Assembly: GCA_000165345.1 (NCBI GenBank)
Contig: CM000432.1
Coordinates: 128,001 to 192,000 of the forward strand
DNA: 64,000 nt
Direction of reading: 5' to 3'
The translations under genes and the position numbers were made by a program. A model generated the notes under the pieces. It made no database searches, had not been told where the DNA came from, and worked only from the letters and a program-made list of their open reading frames with translations. Below, piece by piece: positions 19,407 to 32,340 of the stretch; within the stretch, counting starts at the first letter, position 1; each line of letters starts with the position of its first letter.

Positions 19407-19998
19407 AAGGCGCCAATATATACACTGAAATAATAAATTTAACTGAATAGGAATTGAAAGGATGCAAATTTTTACTAAACATTCAGAATCAAATAATTAT
19501 ATTTAATTAACCAATTTAAACAAGAGTAGCCATATGGAATCACAGGTTTTAATGCTTTAACACGAATGTTTTTTTTAAATTTGTTGTACCTTTAAAAATT
19601 TAGCAAAGCCTAAATTGTCTCACATTTGACCCGCCTATGTGGAATTATTACATGCAAAGTAAATTAAAATATAAATTTAGAAGTAAATAAAGAAATAAGT
19701 TCATTAAAAAATAAAAGAAATCTAATAAAGGATTTGAGCTAATAATAATAAGGATCACTCTGATTGAGGTTGTTCTCTGCTTTTCCAGAAACATATTGAA
19801 CTAGTATCTACTAGTTTGAATTAATCATAAATATTCCTATATTAAAAATATTCTCCTGGCTAATGTAGCATAAATTGGGTGCCTTTTTGATTAGTATAAA
19901 ATATATCTCTATTTATTTATTTAAAAAAGGTAAAAGTTGTTTATTTGTTGTTCTCAGAATTAACAACTGGTAAATTAGAATGTAAAGTAATATTAAGA

Positions 19999-20916
19999 AT
20001 GAATACTCCAACTAAAAAGAATACTCAAGATAAGGTTAATGATGAATCTTTATTAGGTTCATACTACAGACTAAAGTCTTATAAAAAGCTCACAAGTAAT
20101 AAGAAGTCTACGATAAATGGAGAAGTTTCCAACCAAAATATAGATGAAAACGCAATTTATACAACTCCAATAAGAAGCTCTCGAAGAATAAGTTCACGCA
20201 AGAATTATGCAAAAGAAGAGCCTAATCTTTTGGATTATTCACCAGATTCCAAGAATGGGAAAATTTTAGTCACTCCGAATCCATATATCGGAGATGATAT
20301 TGTTGAGGAATTGCTAAATGATATGCTTTTGAAGTATAAAGACAAAATTCAAATAATCAATTTTAATAAACAACCTCAAATACTTGATGAGATCAATAAA
20401 GATGAAATTGAGGATTTATATACGAAGTTTGATTCAAAACTACAAATTAATGATTCTAATACAAGAACAATCCATTCTATTGAAAAAGAGACCTTTGAAA
20501 GCCAGGAAGAAATTAATTGTGAAGACAAAAATGAAGAAAAAAATCAAGAGATAGAAGATAAGAAACTTAAGCCTATCTTACCAAAACTAGCAGGAAAGAA
20601 AGAGTATTTTGTGTGCAGAAATAAACCAAGAAAATTCATTGGGGGTGGTACAGTAACTAACTCAATATTGGTAAATAATACATGCAAATACGAAATTATT
20701 GCAGAAAACGAATATTGGATGGTTGTTGAGTTCCCAAAGAACAGCAGTCTATATAGAAAACATAACTGTCCACGTGTACTCACTCAAAAGAGAATATTTG
20801 GGAGTCCAGTTAATTTCCCAGCAGTACAGTCTATTGACGAGTACAAAACCTTACATTCAGAACTGAAACAATTGCTAGAACTTAGTAATTACTGTTATTC
20901 CCCAGATTTGTTTTAG
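19999..20916 (+). CDS. Hypothetical protein, no family recognised
   Basis: The ORF track opens at a TTG at 19945; the first ATG (MNTPTKKN...) is 19999. The Lys/Asn/Glu-rich N-terminal half is followed by a more ordered C-terminal ~110 aa (YFVCRNKPRKFIGGGTVTNSILV...). Confidence 0.45.
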   Translation: MNTPTKKNTQDKVNDESLLGSYYRLKSYKKLTSNKKSTINGEVSNQNIDENAIYTTPIRSSRRISSRKNYAKEEPNLLDYSPDSKNGKILVTPNPYIGDDIVEELLNDMLLKYKDKIQIINFNKQPQILDEINKDEIEDLYTKFDSKLQINDSNTRTIHSIEKETFESQEEINCEDKNEEKNQEIEDKKLKPILPKLAGKKEYFVCRNKPRKFIGGGTVTNSILVNNTCKYEIIAENEYWMVVEFPKNSSLYRKHNCPRVLTQKRIFGSPVNFPAVQSIDEYKTLHSELKQLLELSNYCYSPDLF

Positions 20917-21351
20917 TTTGAAGCAAGAATTTATTTATAATAACTAATTGTAAACATTCTTTAATATTTATTTGTTTTGCGAGACAAAGAGAACAATACA
21001 AGTTAGAGTGATCGTAGTTTTTCTCGAAAAATAAATAATTATATTTATTTGTTTTCAAAAAAAAAACTGAATAAAAAAAAAACTCTTATTTCAAATAATA
21101 TTTGTGTGCATGTATAATTAATATTCAAAATCCCAGATTTTTTTAAATTCTTGCAAAAATTCTAAATTTAGGAAAAAAATAACTTAACAAAAATTTGTAA
21201 AATATTTTCTTTCTTTATTCCTCTCTCTCTTGAAAGCATTAGCAAATATTTGCAATTTTATTGGTCTTTCTATTTTATTCCATAGTAATCATTTTGTGAC
21301 AATTTTCCCAAACTTTAACAAATTTTCCACTTTTTACCCACATCAACACAA

Positions 21352-21395
21352 TTCCCGCCTTTTGTACTAAACGGGGTGGCGCCTTTGGGGCGCGC
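21352..21395. promoter_or_regulatory. Triple E2F-like cluster (TTCCCGCC, TGGCGCC, GGCGCGC) ~200 bp upstream of the UBC E2 ATG
   Basis: attcccgccttttgtactaaacggggtggcgcctttggggcgcgcagcg is the only GC-rich island in this intergenic region. Confidence 0.5.
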
Positions 21396-21598
21396 AGCGT
21401 AGATTTTATTGATATTTTTGTTGTTCAGCTATTAGTTTAAATAAATTTGAGCAAAGGGGGAAAGCTAAGGAAAAAATCGTAGCTTTAAAGTTGGTCAATA
21501 AAATTATTTTTCAAAGCTTCAAAGCAATATAGAATTAGAGTCATATATTTGCGAGAATATTTCTTCTAACCCAAGATTAAACAGAAAGGTCAAGAAAG

Positions 21599-22454
<856 letters not shown>

Positions 22455-23948
22455 ATAAAATTTCAAGGAGAGATAGGAGGGGAAATAGATTTGAAAGAAC
22501 AGGAAAAGGCGATTGGTTCGAGGTTATATAAAGAGAATATTATATTTTCCCATTATTACTATAATTATATTATCCTTTTCTTTTGTGAATAGAATAATCG
22601 GCCTAGTAGCAGTTCCATAAAAATGGTCTTCAAAATTCCTTGATTAGTACTTGTGAAGTTGTTAATATACAATTCACAATTAGCAGGATTAGGAAAGTTT
22701 GATACTAAGGCTGTTACTCGACTAATCTACTCACATGTATTCCCACTCACTTTTCTATAAGGGCTTTAATAAATTTCAAGGTATTGAGAGTATTATCACC
22801 ATACATCCTAATTCAAACAGAAGAATTTAACACCTAATTCCCATATGAAGATTTTATACTTTGGTACATTTACCTATTTATTTAATCAGATTTGGGATAT
22901 TAATGTATTCCTTGTCCTCGTATGCCTTAATTATTGAAAATGCGCGGCAATTTATAACTAATTTAGAATGTGGGCCTCACTGCAATTTTACTGCTTAAAA
23001 ATTTATTCGGTTCCTTTTCTTTATCTTAAGGAGTTGGATATTATACAGTATTTTGGTTTAAATTGAGTTACACCCACATGTTTCTTTAGCTTGATTTTTT
23101 AGTATGTTGGTGAGTAGTTTTGTTGGTCTAAGTATATATGCGCATATATGTAGAAGTATACTTGCGTATGTAGGGTTTTTAAGAAGAGATACGATTTCAA
23201 GTTGGCATGAGGTGTTTGGTAGACCTAGCGGGGCAATTCATTATTGTGTTGTTCCAAAGTGCGAGACATCCTATTTTTTTGCTCAGTTAGATGAACTTGC
23301 GTTTTTCCATGCTACGTTTGGAAAATTCGCAAAACGATTCCATGTTTGATTTGCCAACGCATTAAAACTGTTTTTTTGATGTTGACTTAACCATTAAATT
23401 ATCTACAGTGGCTAATATTCATTTAATTTATTCGGTTAATAACATTTTGTATTTTTATTTCGAGGGGAAAATCATAAGAAATTCAAGTGTTTTCTAGTGA
23501 ATAAATGGGACCTTACTGGTTAATTCATCGAAATCTGATAGTTCCTTGTTTTTTAAGCAAATACACTTAATTGCAATACAAGATATTTTCTTTATTTGAT
23601 TAATTTGATAAAAAGATTAACTCAGATTTTACAAAAATCAATATTTATGCTAAAGTTAAATAATTAAAAAAAAAAGAGAAATCAATGGCTTGACCTTTAA
23701 TTATGATAAAATTACATTGGTCTGTTTACACGCAATAGAGATTATTATAAAATTAACTTTGAATTTAATCATGTGGATAAATGTATTATTCGAATTACTC
23801 GAATGGAATTAAAGGTTATCATTAAAGCTCAGTACAATTACTATTCCAACATAATCGTAGTTCTCTTCTTAGATTAATAAGCCTTATACTTCCAATATTG
23901 TGTTTCTCGAATACAATTATTAACCTGTAAAACGTCCACATAGAAAAT

Positions 23949-23990
23949 TGCATGCACATGCAATGTAATAACTATTGTGCAATGCATGCA
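23949..23990. promoter_or_regulatory. TGCATGCA-type cluster in a convergent (3'-3') intergenic region; its target is unknown
   Basis: tgcatgcacatgcaatgtaataactattgtgcaatgcatgcaaa. It lies 220 bp beyond the Epl1-like stop, so there is no obvious downstream gene. Confidence 0.3.
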
Positions 23991-24211
23991 AAAAAAAAAT
24001 TAACCAAATTTTAAATTAGAAAAAAAAATTAGCTAAAATAGTTAAGTCTATGATAAATAGTAATTATATGTAAGTATTGGTTGTTTATAGTGTTTTTACT
24101 AATAGTTTATAAGTATTCAAGTATCTATTAATAATAAATTAATTATTAGTCTCTTGATATTGGACTATTAAATTGAGAATTTATTCCATACTGTTTAATA
24201 AAATATATGTT

Positions 24212-26452
24212 CTAGCACGTCATCTCAGCATCTAGATATGAAGCATTCCTTGGAATGGATCTGTTAGTTGGATTTTGGTTTCCAGTAGAAAATCCAGCTG
24301 CTGAATTGGTATTATTTACCCCAATGACAGGATTTATAGGCATACTAGCAGCTCCGAGGTTAGAATTAGGATTATTCATTGCGCCGGAAAGTCTAATAGT
24401 CGATTTAGGAAGATCATTCATTGAACTGTGATGGATACCAGTATTATTAGAGCTTGAGGAAATACTGACTGAGATTCCTTGTGTGTTGTTTCCATTGCTA
24501 CTATTACCAAAAGGATCAAAGTTACCTTCAGTGCAAAGCTCATCAATAAGATCGCACATGGAGGCGGTTTTCCTAAAATATGAACTTATAATAAATTGGT
24601 TACTCCCCCCACAGTTACTAGCGAGATCGAGTTTATCCGGATCAGTGAAATATGGTTCAAAATTGTCTTGAAATAGTAAATGGCGATCAAACCATATTCT
24701 TCCTCCTCTCCCTCGTCTACGAACAAGCCTATGAGGTCTGCATGGAGTTCTCAGACTTTGTAGAGGCTCCAATCTGGCAAGGTCAACCCCATTTTTATAT
24801 ATAGACTGAATATAATTCGGAATAGCAATCCTACAGAAAGCGGGTGAAGGCCCAGGTTGTGCTTGGTTTTCCTGGCTCTGTTGGCAATCTTCATTTAACT
24901 TTGCAGGCTCTATATTAGAATGGCCAGGGGTTTGAGGCATTATGACCTCTCCTTTATTGCCATCACTCATCACCGAAAAAGATTGATCCGTGTTTTCTCC
25001 ATTCTTAATGGCTTCTGTATGATCTTGTTTACCAGCATAAGTCCTAAAAACATTAAAAATAGAAGAGGTAAGTTGTAAAGAACCATAGTAATAGTAAGAA
25101 AGAAGTGACGTTTCATTTTCCCAAGAATACTTAAGAAGCATATCTAGGTTACCAATCTCTGAAGATAGCTTTTTAATGAACATACTCAGATCTCCAGGAT
25201 TAAAACTAGAAGAAAAATCTCCACCCTGGATAAATAACGGGGAGCCTGCCGTTAAGCCCATAACTCCACCGCCAGTAAAAAGCTGAGCAATAGAACCCCC
25301 TGCTCCTGTTCCAATAGAAAGCTGGGAAACTCCTCTCATTTCTTTCTTATGTTGTCTCTTCTGCTGCTTGTAGTTCTTTAGCCTATCCCAGATCGGGCAT
25401 CTATAGAACGGATCGGTGATCTCGTGCCGTCTCTGATCGAAAATGCAAGTGTCCAGCTCTGCCAGTAGAAGCTTCTTTTCATCCCTTTGTCTAAGCTTCC
25501 TAAAGCTTTTCTCAACTTTACGGAAGTCGTCCAAAAGCTTCTCCAACTTTTCCAAAGTCTCCTTGTTATTCCGCCTTGGCCGTCTCAAAGTCATTTTTTC
25601 TCTCACTCGAGGCCTAAAGCATGCATATGGAGATGAATCATGAGGTGAAGTAATTGGCCAAAAATGACGTAATAATGGCTTTCCTAACTTATGACGACGC
25701 ATCCTCCAATACTTATAAATTAACAAGGCCTGTTGATTTTTTATGGATGACAAGCCCCTCTCCCTGCATATTTGCAAAGCCTCATCGAAGCTTATCTCAC
25801 TTCCTCTACCAGTACTCTTCTCCATAAAATCGATCATCTTAATAAAATCTGACTCAGAAACTCCAACCTTCATGTGTTCAGACAAACTCTGTAAGAACTC
25901 CTCATCTACCTTGACCATATTATAATGCACCACAGTCCCATCCTCCAAGCGAATCCCAGAAACAAACTCTTTATGAACCGGAAATCTTATATAGTGTTCA
26001 GGCCTTTGAAATGCTATCAGCTTTGGAACATTAAGTGGGCAAATCTCTACTGGAGGAACCAAAATCGATGAAGCTGTAGCTCCCGATAAAGAACCTGACG
26101 ATCCTCCCAGCCCACCTGCACACGAGCTCCCGCCAGATGACGTGGCAGAACCTGCATGTGTGTTCGTATTAGAGTTATCTTTGTCCTTAGAAGTTGATGA
26201 AGATACCGAGGAATCATTTCCAGTAGACTGTCTCTGTGAAGATTTTTCTTTTTCCTCCGCTCTCATTTGATTGATCACCTCTTGGATCCTCTGCTTCTCT
26301 TCGTCGATTATGCTGCGAACTTCATCAGGCTCAAGTTTGTCATTGCTTTCTTCAAGAGCCTTTTCTAATTGGCTAATGGAAAAAACTACTTGGAGCTTTT
26401 TCTGTGGGTCCAGTGTCTTTGGCCTCGCATTACGTGTTGAAGTCTGCGACAT
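24212..26452 (-). CDS. Enhancer-of-polycomb-like (Epl1/EPC) protein with an EPcA domain, a NuA4 piccolo-module subunit, plus a long low-complexity C-terminus
   Basis: Residues ~130-330 (IAFQRPEHYIRFPVHKEF...HYNMVKVDEEFLQSL...LLIYKYWRMRRHKLGKPLLRHFWP...FRPRVREKMTLRRPRRNNKETLEKLEKL...) follow the EPcA pattern, including the FRPR-KM-RR-R-N basic box. The domain call is from memory of the family, not a search. Confidence 0.55.
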   Translation of the reverse strand: MSQTSTRNARPKTLDPQKKLQVVFSISQLEKALEESNDKLEPDEVRSIIDEEKQRIQEVINQMRAEEKEKSSQRQSTGNDSSVSSSTSKDKDNSNTNTHAGSATSSGGSSCAGGLGGSSGSLSGATASSILVPPVEICPLNVPKLIAFQRPEHYIRFPVHKEFVSGIRLEDGTVVHYNMVKVDEEFLQSLSEHMKVGVSESDFIKMIDFMEKSTGRGSEISFDEALQICRERGLSSIKNQQALLIYKYWRMRRHKLGKPLLRHFWPITSPHDSSPYACFRPRVREKMTLRRPRRNNKETLEKLEKLLDDFRKVEKSFRKLRQRDEKKLLLAELDTCIFDQRRHEITDPFYRCPIWDRLKNYKQQKRQHKKEMRGVSQLSIGTGAGGSIAQLFTGGGVMGLTAGSPLFIQGGDFSSSFNPGDLSMFIKKLSSEIGNLDMLLKYSWENETSLLSYYYYGSLQLTSSIFNVFRTYAGKQDHTEAIKNGENTDQSFSVMSDGNKGEVIMPQTPGHSNIEPAKLNEDCQQSQENQAQPGPSPAFCRIAIPNYIQSIYKNGVDLARLEPLQSLRTPCRPHRLVRRRGRGGRIWFDRHLLFQDNFEPYFTDPDKLDLASNCGGSNQFIISSYFRKTASMCDLIDELCTEGNFDPFGNSSNGNNTQGISVSISSSSNNTGIHHSSMNDLPKSTIRLSGAMNNPNSNLGAASMPINPVIGVNNTNSAAGFSTGNQNPTNRSIPRNASYLDAEMTC

Positions 26453-28221
26453 TCTTTCGATGCTTGCTTCTCTCCCTCGTATAAATACTTAAAAGTGACG
26501 AGTAACCAACACTCACGTTGGGTACTCTTATAACAATTTCTAAGCCAGAACTTTTAAAATATTCTTAATTACTTCTTTAAATAATATCAAGATTAAAGCA
26601 ATGCCTCCTTTTTAATTTATCCTTGCTTTTAGCACCTAATTCTTCATCCATTAAATCTCTACTTGTGGCACTGAATCCAATCTTTCTTTTTGTTTCTTCA
26701 CCAATAATCCCTCAAAAAACCTGCTTCTCACACCCTCTTTTAGCTCCTCCTTTTCCCTTGTAATGCTTACAACACAAATTTTTATCAGACAGCCATTTCT
26801 CGAAATCTCCTCCTCAGTCCTTCTACCGCCACTATTCACCTCTTCAAAACTTTGCTTAAAATAATGATTTTAAAGCTCTCCTATTGAGCTTCTTTCTTTC
26901 TCTTCTTCCTATCCTTTTCCTCGCCCTTTTTTCTTTTTCCTTATTTTTCCCCCAATTTTTATGCCCCGGTACCCCGATTTTATATTGAGACGGATTCTAT
27001 AATTTCCCCGCCTAATTTTATATTATTCGTGCAAGAAAAAAAAATCCTTTTTCCCACATTAAATAAATGTTAAAACTAATTCTACAAATTTTATCACTAA
27101 AATAGTCTATTCATAGTTATCATTTCCTTCTATTCATTCGCTCCTTCTTATTTTATGATTATTTCAACCAGAAACTGACCTCTATATTATTTCTGTCTAC
27201 AGATTTATATCCTCCCCACACCCTTGGATACGTCCACAAATCACCCAGTCTGTTTTTAATTTAAAACTCCACTGATCAAAACACTATTTCATCTGAAAAT
27301 AACCAGAAATAATCTTCCTAACTTACTTCACACAGTTCGCAATAGCCATAAATATAGTGAACCCTAGTCAAAACCAGAATTTCTTTTTTCTTTGAGAAAA
27401 AAAGTAGAAAAAAAAATGAGTAGATATTAAATTTAGATCAATCGGTTAATTGATGGATAGATTCAATAATTAATTTACAAGAAATCGACAAAATAAGCAA
27501 AATTCTAATTTTAAGTACTTCTTTGCCCTATTATCAACTAAAAACTTACTTGTATAATATACTTATAATTCATTCTTACAAGTAAAAATCCTTCATCGTC
27601 TCCTTACTCTACTCCGATATTAATTTAACTTTTATAACTAATTCTAAGTCAATTAATAAATTAGAATCCTCAAAATTAGTCGTCTTACCAATCATTCATC
27701 CTCTTTTTCATCATTTCCTACTATGGAGAAAATAAAAATAAAAAGCCATTTCTTTCATATTCAAAATGATGTATAAATAATGGCTCTTATAGACTCTAAT
27801 CATCCCTATTATTACTATTGTTCATATTCATTTTTGACCTCAATTTATTATTATTCTTTTTTTCAAGTTACCAAATCCAATTAATTTAAAACAAGCCATT
27901 TTCATGCAAAAGTTTTAATGAGTAAAATTTTCGTCATACATTAATTGAACATATTAGATTTATTTTCAACTCTTTTATTTAATGTCTAATTACCTTATAT
28001 AAAATCAAATTTCCAATCATTAACCGAAGGTAATATATATATTCATTATTTTGTCCATTTCGACAATTAATCACATATTCAATTTCACCATATTACTATC
28101 CATTGCAATGGTCCAAATAATATCTTCTATTTCTCTTGCTCACTCTTAGGCACACACCATTTTCTTATTGATTCTTATTGTTATCCGTCCTCGATTAATG
28201 AAAATTGTGAAAAAAAAAAAT

Positions 28222-28232
28222 TTTGGCGCCAA
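28222..28232. promoter_or_regulatory. E2F-like TTTGGCGCCAA, 165 bp upstream of the NTF2 ATG
   Basis: aaaattttggcgccaacaattcc. Confidence 0.5.
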
Positions 28233-28396
28233 CAATTCCATTTGCTCTTATTAATATTTAATTATTAAATTTACTATTTTTTTTATAGAAATAATAATTT
28301 TGTTTTCATAGCAATAAAAAGACTTTAAACTTTTTTTGTTAAACTTGAATTAATCCAAAACCGTTTCTCATTTTTTTTTTGATTAATAGGAAAAGA

Positions 28397-28786
28397 ATGG
28401 ATCAAAGCATTAATCTGAACCCTCAATTCGACCAAATTGGTAAACAATTTGTACAACATTATTACCAAACATTTCAAACAAATAGACCTGCTCTTGGAGG
28501 ATTATATGGTCCCCAATCAATGTTAACATGGGAAGATACTCAATTCCAAGGTCAAGCCAATATTGTTAACAAGTTTAATTCTCTTAATTTCCAAAGAGTC
28601 CAATTTGAAATCACTCGTGTAGACTGCCAACCTTCTCCAAACAATGGTTCAATAGTTTTTGTTACTGGAGATGTTAGAATTGATGATGGCCAACCTTTGA
28701 AATTTTCACAAGTCTTCAATCTTATGCCTTCTGGGAACGGTGGATTCATGATTTTTAACGATCTATTTAGACTAAATCTTGGTTAA
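28397..28786 (+). CDS. NTF2: Nuclear transport factor 2 (NTF2)
   Basis: MDQSINLNPQFDQIGKQFVQHYYQTFQTNRPALGGLY...FVTGDVRIDDGQPLKFSQVFNLMP...GGFMIFNDLFRLN is collinear with NTF2 (...FxQxYYxxFDxDR..LxxLY...QxFxLxPxG..YYVxNDxFRLN). The ORF track opens at a TTG at 28379; the first ATG is 28397. Confidence 0.8.
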   Translation: MDQSINLNPQFDQIGKQFVQHYYQTFQTNRPALGGLYGPQSMLTWEDTQFQGQANIVNKFNSLNFQRVQFEITRVDCQPSPNNGSIVFVTGDVRIDDGQPLKFSQVFNLMPSGNGGFMIFNDLFRLNLG

Positions 28787-29276
28787 AGAAATTAAGCTTT
28801 ATTATTATTGCATTGTTTTTACAAAAGTTTATTAATTTTGAAGGCTCCCTCCATTTTAATTAAGAAGAAAAATTCTTAATATTACGCCAAAAAGATATTT
28901 TAATCTTCACGATAATATTGAGAATTTTATTTCAAATAAGTAGACTAACATTAAGAATAAAAGTGTAGATTTTATAGAAAGTTAATCAAAAGAAAAACGA
29001 TTCAATTTGAACCCGAGTTTTTTCTCTTATGATTAATTCACTATCATTTACCCATATCTCTTTCATTGATATTAACATTTAGAAAATATCAATAATTTTC
29101 CATTTACATAATTGTGAGTTAATAAGAATATTAAATACATATAATACCCTTTTAGAATCAACAATTTATTATTATTTGACTAGTAATTTGTATCATAGAC
29201 CCAATATGTAATTTGTAAATCTATAATAAATCCCATAATCAGTTTTTGGAAGACAGTAAAAAACAAGTTTCAGACT

Positions 29277-31193
<1,917 letters not shown>

Positions 31194-31928
31194 TTCTACG
31201 AAATTAATATTTAATCCAAATTAATTTTAAAATCGAATTTTCTTTATTCTATAATTCTTCTCCAATAAGAACTATTAATAAAGATAACAAGTATTTACGA
31301 TTGTTTCTCAAAACTTTTGGACTTTGCTTAAATTATTTTACCAATGTTTGTCCTCAATGTTTATTATACCTATTATCTTTTTGAAATAATTATCTAATTC
31401 TTCTAAAACAAAAGTTAATTAAATTAAAATTCTTTTCTTTAATGGTTTAATCTTCCAAGTCTTATTTTAGTTATAACAAAAGCTTTGTTTGTTAAAAACC
31501 TTTTTTCTCGCACACACTACTGTTTCAATTTTCTTTCTTTCAATAGCAAGAGCATAGCCTCTTATTACACTCAACCAACTTTTTCTCTTAAAGTTAGAAC
31601 TTCCCAATCCTCACAGTCTTCTTCCTCTAATAGTTTACTCAAATGTCAGAAATCCTCTATATGTCGACATTACGCCGAATGCAACTTTCTATGCAACTGG
31701 CGTCTTGTCGGAAGATCCAAGCTTGTCGTGTCTTCATGTATTTTTTTTCTTATCAAAACAAGAGGTTTTGACTGAATCTATCCATAGAGAAGTTCTGCCG
31801 ACCTTTTTATAGCTTTTCTTTAATAAATTCTATCTGTTTTTTTTACTTTAAAAATTCTTTTTTTTTTTTTTTAACCCTAGTAGTAATGGTTATTTTTCCC
31901 ACAAACAACCACAAATTGACATGAAATG

Positions 31929-31939
31929 TTTCCCGCCAA
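31929..31939. promoter_or_regulatory. E2F-like TTTCCCGCCAA between the ApiAP2 (29277..31193, -) and DPH6 genes
   Basis: gaaatgtttcccgccaatttgtgcatg, with an adjacent TGCATG half-site. Confidence 0.4.
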
Positions 31940-32340
31940 TTTGTGCATGTACTAATTAACGGTATTAGGTCTTCCACATGGAAATAATAATCGGAAATGT
32001 TATAACATGAATTAATACATGCAAAAATAAATTGAAAAATAAATTGGCATTAATTTGGGACAGGATGTGGGGATATTTACGCAAAGCAATCCTCTTGAAA
32101 CAAATAGCTATTGTAACAAATTTTCATGTTTCAAACTAGCATTATAATGCAAAGAATTTATTAATTCATTTAATTAAATAGTTAATTACCTACTATATAT
32201 AAATTAATAAGTTTGTTATTGTGAATAAAGGCAATAGAATGGTGCGATTTATTATTTATTCGTGTATTAATAGAATTGTAGTTTCGTAATGTAAAGCGTT
32301 TTTATGAAATTTAATTGAAACAAATATTAATATATATGTT

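Noticed and set aside
22505-22530. ggttcgagg resembling a tRNA T-loop/T-stem
   Set aside because: There is no acceptor stem, no D-arm and no anticodon arm in the flanking 80 nt, which are AT-rich. It is not a tRNA.
26651-26839. 62-aa minus-strand ORF upstream of the Epl1-like gene
   Set aside because: It sits in the purine-rich leader of the Epl1-like gene and its Glu/Lys/Arg content reflects the GA-rich strand, so it is probably non-coding.
31485-31775. 96-aa ORF in the ApiAP2/DPH6 intergenic region
   Set aside because: Ser/Phe/Leu-rich composition matches the local CT-rich bias. More likely promoter or UTR sequence than a gene.
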